A stretch of 64,000 bases of DNA. It comes from Candidatus Eiseniibacteriota bacterium (GTDB lineage Bacteria > Eisenbacteria > RBG-16-71-46 > JABDJR01). The position numbers were made by a program, and so were the translations under genes. The stretch's first letter is position 1. Each line of letters starts with the position of its first letter. The notes under the pieces were generated by a model. It did no database searches and was not told the origin of the DNA. It saw only the letters and a list, made by a program, of their open reading frames with translations. The stretch covers positions 576,001 to 640,000 of the forward strand of contig CAWANH010000029.1 of assembly GCA_963783375.1 (NCBI GenBank), read 5' to 3'. Shown here piece after piece: positions 33,180 to 41,728 of this stretch.

Positions 33180-33968
33180 TCACCCGCCCAACCCGGCCAG
33201 GCGCGCCGCCCGGAAGACCGGCGCCTCCACCCGCTCCCCGGGATATCCGACCGCGGCCAAGTAGAGGCCCCCCGGGGAAGCCGCCGGACCCGCCCGCGCG
33301 CGGTCCCGCCCCTCGAGGACGCGCCGCAGGGCGCCCACCGCGCCGCCCTCCTCGAAGTCCCGAAGCAGGCTTCCCACCACCGCGCGGACCATGCCGTAGA
33401 GAAAACGGTCGGCGGTGATCCGGATGAGCGCGCCGCCCTCCAACACGAGCCAGGATGCCTCGGTCACCGTGCACACCGTGGTCCGGGTTTCCGCGCCCGA
33501 CCGGGCGAACCCCGCGAAGTCGCCCACCCCCACCAGGGAGGCCAGTTCCCCCGCCGCCCACGCCGGATCGGGAAACCGTCGCGGGCAGGATCGGCGGTGG
33601 CGGAAGAAAACCGACTCCTCCCGCCCCAGGGCGTAGAGGTAGGTCCGCTCCACCGCGTCGAACCGGGCGTGGAACTCCGGCGCCGTCCGGACCGCTCCCC
33701 GGATCCTGAGATCCGCCGGGGTGAGCGAGGCCAGGGCGCGCGCCAGGGCGCCGGGTTCCCACTCCCGCTCCAGGTCCACGTGGCAGGGGTTCTGCAGGGC
33801 ATGAACCCCGGCATCCGTCCTCCCGGATCCGGTGGGACGCGCGCTCTCTCCGAGCCGGGCCAGGGCCCCGGCCAGCTCACCCTGCACCGTCCGACGTCCG
33901 GGCTGGACCTGCCACCCCGAAAAATCGGTGCCATCGTACTCAAGGTCGATCCGACAGCGCCACCCCAT
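33180..33968 (-). CDS. truA: tRNA pseudouridine(38-40) synthase
   Basis: Motifs YDGTDFSGWQ, GSGRTDAGVHA, FHARFDA and FLYGMVR. Confidence 0.95.
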   Translation of the reverse strand: MGWRCRIDLEYDGTDFSGWQVQPGRRTVQGELAGALARLGESARPTGSGRTDAGVHALQNPCHVDLEREWEPGALARALASLTPADLRIRGAVRTAPEFHARFDAVERTYLYALGREESVFFRHRRSCPRRFPDPAWAAGELASLVGVGDFAGFARSGAETRTTVCTVTEASWLVLEGGALIRITADRFLYGMVRAVVGSLLRDFEEGGAVGALRRVLEGRDRARAGPAASPGGLYLAAVGYPGERVEAPVFRAARLAGLGG

Positions 33969-34711
33969 CAACCGGATCCCAGCCAGATCGCCCCCGCCAC
34001 CGCTGCGCCCACCATCGACCAATCCCAGAACCCCATGCGGTAGCCTCGGGCGAAGCCGCGCTCGGCGCCCGGACGATAGCCGCGCAGCGTCAGGGCCAGG
34101 GCGAGAGCCTCGGCCCGCTCCACCACCGTGATCATCCACACCGGGGCCAGCCCGGCCGCCCGGCGGAGCCCCGAGAGCCCCCGGCGGGGGCCGCGGCGGA
34201 GCCGATCCACGTCGAGAATCCGCACCGCTTCGGTCCCCAGGATGGGGAAGAGCCTGAGCGCGAGAACCACGGGCAGGAACGCCCGGTGGACGCGCCGGCG
34301 CCAGCCCGGCGCCCCCCGCACCGTCCACTCGAGGCTTCCGCCCAGCTCGAAGGCCCGGATGGTGCCCACCGCCCACGCCGCCACCGCGGCCAGGGCGCCG
34401 AGCCTCGCGCCCTGGACCGCGCCGAGACGGAGCCCCTCCGCGCTGGGGCGCACCCAACCCAACCACCCCGGTCCCAGGCGGTGACCGGGGGTGAGAAAGG
34501 CGTTGGCCACCAGGCTCAGCCCCCACAGGACGATCAGAAGCCGGAAGACGGAGGCCAGGCGCCGGAACCCCACCCCGGCGCTCACCAGCAGGAGGAGGGT
34601 CACGGGTAGGGCGGTGAGGGCGCGCCCCGCCGGGGCGGCGGCCAGGGCGACGCTCGAGAGCAGGGCCAGGAAGACCTTGGCCCGGGGGTCGCGGTCCGCC
34701 CAGAAGCTCAC
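33968..34711 (-). CDS. ecfT: ECF transporter transmembrane component T (CbiQ/EcfT family)
   Basis: Motifs DPRAKV, several TM helices, ALRLFP and RAEALALALTLRGY; sits directly upstream of truA. Confidence 0.8.
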   Translation of the reverse strand: MSFWADRDPRAKVFLALLSSVALAAAPAGRALTALPVTLLLLVSAGVGFRRLASVFRLLIVLWGLSLVANAFLTPGHRLGPGWLGWVRPSAEGLRLGAVQGARLGALAAVAAWAVGTIRAFELGGSLEWTVRGAPGWRRRVHRAFLPVVLALRLFPILGTEAVRILDVDRLRRGPRRGLSGLRRAAGLAPVWMITVVERAEALALALTLRGYRPGAERGFARGYRMGFWDWSMVGAAVAGAIWLGSG

Positions 34712-36225
34712 GATCGTCGCCCCCGGATGAACGCGTAAATCCCGAGCAGGAAGAGGATCGCTCCGGCCGCCACCAACACCCAGTTCCCGTGCCGGTCGTA
34801 GAAAGTGGGCCCGTCCCCCAACTCCACCGCATCCACAAAACCCGTCTTCACGAAGGTGTCGGTGCGGTGCCTCACCAGGCCGTAGGGATCGATCACTCCG
34901 GAGATCCCGGTGTTGGCCGCCCGGACCAGGCCCACCCGGCTCTCGATGGCCCGGAGCACGTTCATGTTGAAGTGCTGGGCGGGAGCGGCGGAGTCTCCGA
35001 ACCACTGGTCGTTGGTGATGTTGACCAGGTAGCGCGCGCCGAGGTTCACCTCCTCGCGGGCCAGGCCGGGAAAGATGGACTCGAAGCAGATGAGAACCCC
35101 GAAGGGAACGCCGTTCTCCTTCATGATCCCGGGCTTCGTCCCCGGGGTGAAGTCGGATTGGCCGAAATCGAAGCGGTTGAGGAACGGCAGCGGGAAGTCC
35201 TCGCTGAAGGGGACAAGGTGCCGCTTGTCGTAACGGGCCACGATCCCCCGCTCCGGGAGGATGAGAGCCGCGGAATTGGTGAAGCGGATCGAGCCGTCCT
35301 CGAGGCGCACACCGTCGGGGAACCCGGCCAGAAGCGGCACGCCGGTGCTGTCCACCAGGCGTTCAACCAGGTACCGATAGTAAGGCTCGCGCGGGAGCCG
35401 GACCGGGATCGCGGTCTCCGGCCAGATGGTCATGGCCGGCGGACCGGCCTCGCTTTCCGCGGCCAGGTCCGCGGTCTGATCGAGGATCGCGTGGACCACC
35501 GAGTCCCGGACCGCCATTTCCCACTTGTCGTTTCCCACGTTGGGCTGGATCACCCCCACCGCCACCCCCGCCCGGGGCCGACGATGGTTGAGGACGTTCT
35601 GGCCGTGCAGGTAGGGAAGCACCACCACGATCGCGATGAGGGCGAATCCCGTCAGCTTGGGCCGAACCCAGGGAAGCGCGAGATACAAGTAGACCGACCC
35701 GTTCACCAGCGCCGCCCACAGGGAGACCCCCCACACCCCGGTGATGGAGGCGAACTGGATCAGGTGGGGATAGGGGGCGAAGGCGTAGCCCAACGACCCC
35801 CACGGGAAACCGAAGGTCCCGGTTCCCCGGAGCGCCTCGGTCAACGTCCAGGCCAGGGGAAGGGAGATCGCGGGAGAAACACCGCGGCGGGAGAGCCAGG
35901 CCGCGGCCGCGGCGGCGAGCGCCGGGTAGAGGGCGAGATAGGCCGCCATGACCCCCAGGGCGGGGATCATGAGGTAAGGGACGGTCACGTTCTCGGCCGG
36001 GAGCTTGGGGATCCAGTAGAGCAGCACCAGGAAGAACACCACCCCGGTGAGATAGCCCAGACGAAATGCGCTCCAGACCGACACCGTGGTCTCGGGGGGC
36101 GAACCGGGAGGCCGGATGGCCAGCATGAGCGGGAAGAGGGCGACGAACGCCACCAGCACCAGCGCGAACTTCGGGAAGCAGACCGCGAGAAGGAGACCGG
36201 AGAGGGCGGCGAGGGCGGGCTTCAC
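34708..36225 (-). CDS. lnt: Apolipoprotein N-acyltransferase
   Basis: Motifs GFPWGSLGY, IQPN, IWPETA, YDKRHLVPFSE, ICFESIF, NITNDQWFG and RAANTGIS. Confidence 0.96.
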   Translation of the reverse strand: MKPALAALSGLLLAVCFPKFALVLVAFVALFPLMLAIRPPGSPPETTVSVWSAFRLGYLTGVVFFLVLLYWIPKLPAENVTVPYLMIPALGVMAAYLALYPALAAAAAAWLSRRGVSPAISLPLAWTLTEALRGTGTFGFPWGSLGYAFAPYPHLIQFASITGVWGVSLWAALVNGSVYLYLALPWVRPKLTGFALIAIVVVLPYLHGQNVLNHRRPRAGVAVGVIQPNVGNDKWEMAVRDSVVHAILDQTADLAAESEAGPPAMTIWPETAIPVRLPREPYYRYLVERLVDSTGVPLLAGFPDGVRLEDGSIRFTNSAALILPERGIVARYDKRHLVPFSEDFPLPFLNRFDFGQSDFTPGTKPGIMKENGVPFGVLICFESIFPGLAREEVNLGARYLVNITNDQWFGDSAAPAQHFNMNVLRAIESRVGLVRAANTGISGVIDPYGLVRHRTDTFVKTGFVDAVELGDGPTFYDRHGNWVLVAAGAILFLLGIYAFIRGRRS

Positions 36226-36232
36226 CGGCTCC

Positions 36233-37255
36233 TCAACCGAGACGGATCTCGCGCCCTTCGAGCGCCGACTGGTACACCGCCTCCAGGATGCGGTGCAGAA
36301 CCAGGGCGTCCTCCCCCGGCGAGCGGGGCCGGGATCCGGAGCGCGCGCACTCCACGAAGTGGCGGAGCTCGGCCTCGTAGGAGAGCTTGTAGCTGTTTCG
36401 GCCCGCGGTCACCGCCGGGGTGACGTTGACCAGGCTGCCGTGCATCTCCTTGTGCACCCGAAGCGGGTTCAAGAGCGCCGCTCCCTTGTCCCCGAAGAGA
36501 TTCAGGTAGGCGAAGTCCTTCTCCATGAGGAGGCCCCAGGACACCTCCAGGGCCACCGTGCCTCCGCTCTGGAGCCGGAGGAGGGCGGCCGCGCTGGTCT
36601 CCAGCTCATCGCGACGGGGCTTGGGGTGGGCGGTGGCCGAAACCGATTCCACCGGCGGCATGTCCAGGAGCCACATCACCGCATCCAGCATCTGGATCCC
36701 GAGATCGAGGAGCACGCCGCCTCCGGCGTACCGCTTCTTCCCCTTCCAGCTCGGTCCCGACCACTCGGAGGCCTGCATGAGCCAGCCGGTCTTGGCGTAG
36801 AACACCGTGCCCAGTTCGCCCTCGGAGATGAATCGCTTGAGCACGGCGGCGTCCTCCCGGTAGCGGCCGTTGAAGCCGCTCATCAGGATGCGGCCCTGTT
36901 TCCGGGCCGCCGCCACCATCTGCTCCGCCTCCTTGCTGCTGCGTGAGAACGGCTTCTCGCAGAGAACGTGCTTGCCGTTTTCCAGGGCGGCGATGGTCGC
37001 GGGCGCGTGGAGGTGGTTGGGAAGGCAGATATCCACCACCTCCACGTCCTCGAGTTCCACCAGTTCCTCTATGGACCGGGTGACGTGGGGGATGTTGTAC
37101 CGGCCGGCCACCCGGCGGGCCTTGGGAAGGTCGGTATCGCAGATCGCGGCCACCGTCGCTCCCGGGATGCGCGCATAGGCGGGCAAATGGCTGACCTGGG
37201 CGATCGCCCCCGCCCCGAGGATCCCCACCCGAACCTCCCGTTCGGCCTTCACCAT
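36233..37255 (-). CDS. Gfo/Idh/MocA family oxidoreductase
   Basis: Motifs GAGAIAQ, PNHLH, GKHVLCEKP and GGGVLLDLGIQ. Confidence 0.9.
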   Translation of the reverse strand: MVKAEREVRVGILGAGAIAQVSHLPAYARIPGATVAAICDTDLPKARRVAGRYNIPHVTRSIEELVELEDVEVVDICLPNHLHAPATIAALENGKHVLCEKPFSRSSKEAEQMVAAARKQGRILMSGFNGRYREDAAVLKRFISEGELGTVFYAKTGWLMQASEWSGPSWKGKKRYAGGGVLLDLGIQMLDAVMWLLDMPPVESVSATAHPKPRRDELETSAAALLRLQSGGTVALEVSWGLLMEKDFAYLNLFGDKGAALLNPLRVHKEMHGSLVNVTPAVTAGRNSYKLSYEAELRHFVECARSGSRPRSPGEDALVLHRILEAVYQSALEGREIRLG

Positions 37256-38277
37256 CGGGGTTCGCCCTCCAGGCGCACCGTGCCCGTCCCCTCGACCGCC
37301 TCCCCCACCACGAACGCCCCGTTGCCGGCGCGGGCCACGGCCTCGGCTGCCCGCTCCGCGGGCACCGCCGCCACCAGACCCACCCCCAGATTGAACGTCC
37401 GGGTCATCTCATCCAGCGGAACGTCGCCGTAGCGCGCGATCAGCCCGAACAGGGGGGGGATCCGCCAGGCGCTCCGGTCCACCCGGGCGTCGATCCCCGG
37501 GGGAAGGATCCGCGACAGGTTTCCCGGTATCCCCCCTCCGGTGATGTGGGCGGCCCCTTTCAGGGTGCCCCGCAGGGCCTTGAACACCGGGCGATAGGAA
37601 CGGTGGACGGCGAGGAGCGCGTCCCCCAGGGGGACCTTGGTCCCCGGCACCTCGTCGTCGGGGTGGAGCCCGGCCGCCTCGAAGAGCACTCTCCGGGCGA
37701 GAGAGTAGCCGTTGGTGTGGAGGCCGGTGGAAGGAAAGCCCAGGAACACGTCCCCGGGCGCGATCCCGGAACCGTCGACGAAGTCCTCGCGGCGGACCGT
37801 GCCCACGATGCAGCCGACCAGATCCAGATCGGGAGGGGTGTACACCCCGGGCATCTCCGCGGTCTCCCCCCCGATCAGGGCGCAACCGTTGGCCCGGCAT
37901 CCCCGGACCATACCCTCCACCACCTGTTCCACCACTTCGGGGTCCAGCTTCCCCATGCCGACGTAGTCCAGGAAGAGGAGGGGATCGGCGCCGTGCACCC
38001 CGATGTCTCCCGTGCAGTGGTTGACCAGGTCCTCCCCCACCGTGTCGTAGCGACCCAGCATGGCCGCGACCTTGAGCTTGGTCCCCACCCCGTCGATGCT
38101 GGAGACGAGGAGGAGATCGGGATCGCCGCCGGGAATCGTGCAGACGCCGCCGAAGGTGCCGAGTTCGGTGAGCACGTTGGGTCCGAACGTCTCGCGGACC
38201 TTTCCCTTGATGCGGCGGACCGCTTCCTCACCGGCGCTCAGATCCACCCCGGCGTCGCGGTAGCGGATGGGGCTCAT
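37249..38277 (-). CDS. purM: Phosphoribosylformylglycinamidine cyclo-ligase
   Basis: Motifs YRDAGVD, DGVGTKL, LIGGETAEMPG, STGLHTNGYSL, HITGGG and RTFNLG. Confidence 0.97.
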   Translation of the reverse strand: MSPIRYRDAGVDLSAGEEAVRRIKGKVRETFGPNVLTELGTFGGVCTIPGGDPDLLLVSSIDGVGTKLKVAAMLGRYDTVGEDLVNHCTGDIGVHGADPLLFLDYVGMGKLDPEVVEQVVEGMVRGCRANGCALIGGETAEMPGVYTPPDLDLVGCIVGTVRREDFVDGSGIAPGDVFLGFPSTGLHTNGYSLARRVLFEAAGLHPDDEVPGTKVPLGDALLAVHRSYRPVFKALRGTLKGAAHITGGGIPGNLSRILPPGIDARVDRSAWRIPPLFGLIARYGDVPLDEMTRTFNLGVGLVAAVPAERAAEAVARAGNGAFVVGEAVEGTGTVRLEGEPRW

Positions 38278-38293
38278 GACCCGGGGGCTCCCC

Positions 38294-39667
38294 TCATACC
38301 ACCCCGGCGTTGACCAGCCCGGGGCGGGCCAGAAGTTCCGGTGGGGGCGGGGCCACCTCCCCTCCCACCTCGATCTCGCCGCGACGAACGAGACGCTCCA
38401 GGGCGGTGACCACCTCGGGGTCGAACTGGTCCCCGGAGCAGCGCCGCATCTCGGCCATGGACTCCTCCAGGGTCAGGGCCTTCCGGTATACCCGGTCCGA
38501 GGTCATGGCGTCGAAGGCGTCGGCGGTCATCACGATGCGGGCGCCCAGGGAGAACTCCTTGGCCGGCAGGTTGTGGTAGCCGCGGCCGTCCAGCCGCTCG
38601 TGGTGGAAGCGGACCAGGGGGGCCACCCGCCGGAACGCGCGCACCTGTTCCAGGATGTCCGCTCCGAGGCCGGCGTGGAGGCAGATCCGCTCCCGCTCCT
38701 CGGGGCTGAGACGGCCCGGCTTGAGGATCAGGTCCCGCTGGGACATCTTGATCTTTCCGATGTCGTGGAGGAGCCCGCCGTACTCGATCCGCTCCACCTC
38801 CCGCTCGGAGAGCCCCAGCTCCCGGGCCAGGACGGCGCTGTACTTGCTCACCCGCTGGGAGTGCTGACGGGTATAGGGGTCGAACTCATCGATGACACTG
38901 GCCAGCACCCCGGCGAAATCGAGAAGATCGCGTTTGGTCTCGATGTAGAGCTTGAAGCTGTACCGGGCCAGGAGCAGGGGGAAGATGAAGAGCACGACCC
39001 CCCAGGTCCCGAGCCCGAAATAAGCCACCGCCACCGCCGCCCCGAAGGGGAGCGAGGCCACCATGTGAAAGATGGTCCAGATGTAGTTGACCTGCCAGAC
39101 CTGCCACGTCTTTCGTCCCTCGGAAAGCGCGATGACCAGGCTCACGATCATGGTGTTCAGCGCGTAGTAGCTCATCCCCATGGCCACGATCGGCAACAGG
39201 ACGTGGGGAAAGCCGAGGGGCTGTCCGGGCACCCCGCCCAGAACCTGGTACACCCACCCCGCCACCATCACCGTGCCCGCGAAGGCGCAGGCGTTGAAGA
39301 TGGCTTTGTGGAGCGGGCGGCGCTGAACGCCGAGCTGCAGGAGCATGGTGGCCGCGAACTCGGCCAGGGCGGTGGGAAGCGGTCCCAGGATGAGGATGCC
39401 CGCGTAGTCCAGGGTCGAGGACACCGTGATGAACCCGCCTCCCGGCAGGTTGACCGGAGCGGCGTCGGTGACCACGATGAGGGCGAACCAGAGGAGAAGG
39501 AGGAACGGAGAGGTTCCGGCCAGGTCGGGCAGGTGCCAACCGAGCAACGTCAACCCCGCGGCCACGATCAGCCCGTAGTAGGCGCGAAACCAGCGGGAAG
39601 CCCCCGTCGGCGCCCCCAGCCGTGAAGGCTGCTGAATGGTGATGCCCTCCACGCTCGCGTCAAGCAT
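38294..39667 (-). CDS. Membrane-bound HD-GYP domain phosphodiesterase with multi-TM sensor domain
   Basis: About 7 hydrophobic helices, then DPYTRQHSQRV, LLHDIGK, HHERLDGRGYH and ADAFDAMTSDRVYR. Start uncertain (39667 or 39691). Confidence 0.9.
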   Translation of the reverse strand: MLDASVEGITIQQPSRLGAPTGASRWFRAYYGLIVAAGLTLLGWHLPDLAGTSPFLLLLWFALIVVTDAAPVNLPGGGFITVSSTLDYAGILILGPLPTALAEFAATMLLQLGVQRRPLHKAIFNACAFAGTVMVAGWVYQVLGGVPGQPLGFPHVLLPIVAMGMSYYALNTMIVSLVIALSEGRKTWQVWQVNYIWTIFHMVASLPFGAAVAVAYFGLGTWGVVLFIFPLLLARYSFKLYIETKRDLLDFAGVLASVIDEFDPYTRQHSQRVSKYSAVLARELGLSEREVERIEYGGLLHDIGKIKMSQRDLILKPGRLSPEERERICLHAGLGADILEQVRAFRRVAPLVRFHHERLDGRGYHNLPAKEFSLGARIVMTADAFDAMTSDRVYRKALTLEESMAEMRRCSGDQFDPEVVTALERLVRRGEIEVGGEVAPPPPELLARPGLVNAGVV

Positions 39668-39763
39668 ACCCCCCCGATCCGCCCCCCCCATCGGGGCGCG
39701 GTTCCGGAGGGCTCGGGCTGGTGACGGCAGAAAATGTTCCGGCCGAGCACCCCTACGCCGGGT

Positions 39764-39826
39764 CTACATCCAACCGGATTTTCCCTCGAAAATCACGGAC
39801 ATCAGGTCCAAGAGAAGCTCCCACAT
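39764..39826 (-). CDS. Unannotated 20-aa peptide MWELLLDLMSVIFEGKSGWM
   Basis: The minus strand reads AAACAAGGAGCAAAGCC-ATG TGG GAG CTT CTC TTG GAC CTG ATG TCC GTG ATT TTC GAG GGA AAA TCC GGT TGG ATG TAG. AAGGAG RBS at 7-nt spacing in an A-rich leader; below the ORF-track length cutoff. Confidence 0.7.
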   Translation of the reverse strand: MWELLLDLMSVIFEGKSGWM

Positions 39827-39876
39827 GGCTTTGCTCCTTGTTTAGAGGAATCTGAGGTCAGGGTCGCCATCGGTGG

Positions 39877-39906
39877 TTCGCTTCGCTCGTTCGCTTGCTT
39901 GGCTTG
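39877..39906 (-). repeat. Short degenerate 4-5 nt tandem repeat in the peptide leader
   Basis: The minus strand reads CAAGCCAAGCAAGCGAACGAGCGAAGCGAA (AAGC/GAAC/GAGC units). Confidence 0.5.
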
Positions 39907-39934
39907 TATACGGCTCTGGGTCGGGTGTTTCTCC

Positions 39935-40696
39935 TCAGGGCAAGGATGTCGGCCGGATCTCGTACTCGACCGGCTCCCGGTAGCGGAGCCGGCCCAGAAT
40001 GCGGTTCAGGGCGTCCAACGTAGCATAGACAACCGACTGCTGCAAATCGTGGCTGACCGGACACGATCCGGTCAACGTCTTCTCCGATCTATCTTTATAG
40101 AATTTGACCGCAACCACCACCACGTCCTCTCCGCCCAGTTCCAGGATCTCCATGTCGGTCAGGGAAAACACGTAGGTCTCGTCCACGAAGCGCTCCACCG
40201 CCTCCAGGGCGGCCTGCCCGATGAGAAGCGGGACCTGCCGGCGGGAGTTGGACCCCGCCGCCTCCCCCACGGTTTCCCGGTCTCCCAGGGACAATTCCAC
40301 CCGGGCACGGCAGGAGGCCTGGTCCAGTCCCACCGTCACCCCCACGAAGCGGAGGCGGATGGCGGCGGGTTCCTCATCGATGCGCAGGGCGGGCAGGGTG
40401 AGCACGTTGGGGAGACGGGGAGGCTCGGCGGCCGGCGGCTCGCCGCCGGTATCGCGCTTCTGAGCCACCGAGATCTTGCGGTAATCCACGTCCATCTGAT
40501 ACTCGGCGCGGAGCGCGGAGCGCACGTCGCGGACGATCTGCTTGGGCGGGCGCTGCCCGTCAGCCAGGATATTGATCTCGGCGATATCCCGGTCGTCTTC
40601 GGTCAGGGAGATCGAGGCCCGCGCGATATTGCGAAGGCTGAGCAGCAACTTCTCCGCCTCGATCACCCACTCGCGCCCGCGTGAAACGTTGTTCAA
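39935..40696 (-). CDS. Conserved hypothetical soluble protein; C-terminus resembles the LeuA allosteric-domain pattern
   Basis: AAAGAGGG RBS before TTG; N-domain EINILADGQRPPKQIVRDVRSAL...DYRKISVAQ; Pro-rich linker; C-domain LTGSC..SHDLQQSVVYATLDALNR. Confidence 0.8.
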   Translation of the reverse strand: MNNVSRGREWVIEAEKLLLSLRNIARASISLTEDDRDIAEINILADGQRPPKQIVRDVRSALRAEYQMDVDYRKISVAQKRDTGGEPPAAEPPRLPNVLTLPALRIDEEPAAIRLRFVGVTVGLDQASCRARVELSLGDRETVGEAAGSNSRRQVPLLIGQAALEAVERFVDETYVFSLTDMEILELGGEDVVVVAVKFYKDRSEKTLTGSCPVSHDLQQSVVYATLDALNRILGRLRYREPVEYEIRPTSLP

Positions 40697-40728
40697 GCTA
40701 CCCTCTTTGCTTGAAGATCCACCGACGG

Positions 40729-40757
40729 TTTATATCAGACCCCCCCCGGGGAAGCAA
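40729..40757 (-). promoter_or_regulatory. Putative sigma70 promoter for the hypothetical-peptide-HD-GYP module
   Basis: TTGCTT-N17-TATAAA with an extended TG, about 32 nt upstream of TTG 40696. Confidence 0.6.
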
Positions 40758-40797
40758 GCTGATCCCCCCGCAGGACGGGCGGAAGGCGTTCCGGGAC

Positions 40798-41700
40798 TCA
40801 GAATTGCGCCATCTTCCGGACCTCGTGGAAACGGGCCTCGATCTCCTCCCGGGACGCGGTGGCCAGCCGTCCGAGGCTGAACGCCTCCACCGTGAACGAG
40901 GCGAGCACGGTGCCGTAGATCGCCGCCCGGCGGATCTCCGCCTCGCTCCGGCTGTCTCCGCACCCGGCCAGGTAGCCCAGGAACCCCCCGGCGAAGGTGT
41001 CCCCGGCCCCGGTGGGATCGTAGATCAGCTCGATGGGATACGCGGGAGCGGCGAACGTGAACTCGGGGGTCAGGACCAGGGATCCGTGCTCCCCCTTCTT
41101 CACGATCACCATGTCCGGACCCAGGCCGAGGACCGATCGCGCCGCCTTGATGAGGTTGGGCTCGCCGGTGAGCATCCGCACTTCCTCATCGTTCAGAAGC
41201 ACCACGTTCACCCGGCGGAGGGTGGCCATGAGGTCGTCCCGCGACCGCTCGATCCAGTAGTTCATGGTGTCGAGCACCACCAGGGAGGGGTCGCTCACCT
41301 GGTCCAGGACGCTTCCCTGAAGTCCCGGGTGGATGTTGGCCAGGAAGACGTACTTCGCCGCCCGGTAGGATTCAGGGAGCACCGGCTTGAATTCGGCAAA
41401 TACGTTGAGCTGGGTGTCCAGGGTGGTCCTGGTGTTGAGGTCGTAGCCGTACTCCCCCGCCCACCGGAACGTGCGTCCCGAGGCGGTCTCCAGACCGCCG
41501 ACGTCGATTCCCCGGTTGCGGAAGAATTCCACGTGTTCCTCGGGGAAATCATTTCCTACCACCGCCACCATCGCCACCGGGGCGAAATGACGCGCGGCCA
41601 CCGCGAAGTAGGAGGCGGAGCCCCCCAGGGCGTCCTTGGCCTCCCCGAAGGGGGTCTTCACCGAATCCAGGGCCACCGACCCCACCACCAGTACGCTCAC
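40798..41700 (-). CDS. PfkB family carbohydrate/nucleoside kinase
   Basis: Motifs VVGSVALDSVKTP, LGGSASYF, DTMNYWI, VKKGEHG and DPTGAGDTFAGG. Confidence 0.92.
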   Translation of the reverse strand: MSVLVVGSVALDSVKTPFGEAKDALGGSASYFAVAARHFAPVAMVAVVGNDFPEEHVEFFRNRGIDVGGLETASGRTFRWAGEYGYDLNTRTTLDTQLNVFAEFKPVLPESYRAAKYVFLANIHPGLQGSVLDQVSDPSLVVLDTMNYWIERSRDDLMATLRRVNVVLLNDEEVRMLTGEPNLIKAARSVLGLGPDMVIVKKGEHGSLVLTPEFTFAAPAYPIELIYDPTGAGDTFAGGFLGYLAGCGDSRSEAEIRRAAIYGTVLASFTVEAFSLGRLATASREEIEARFHEVRKMAQF

Positions 41701-41728
41701 GTCGGAGATTCTCCTTCCGTTCGCCCGG

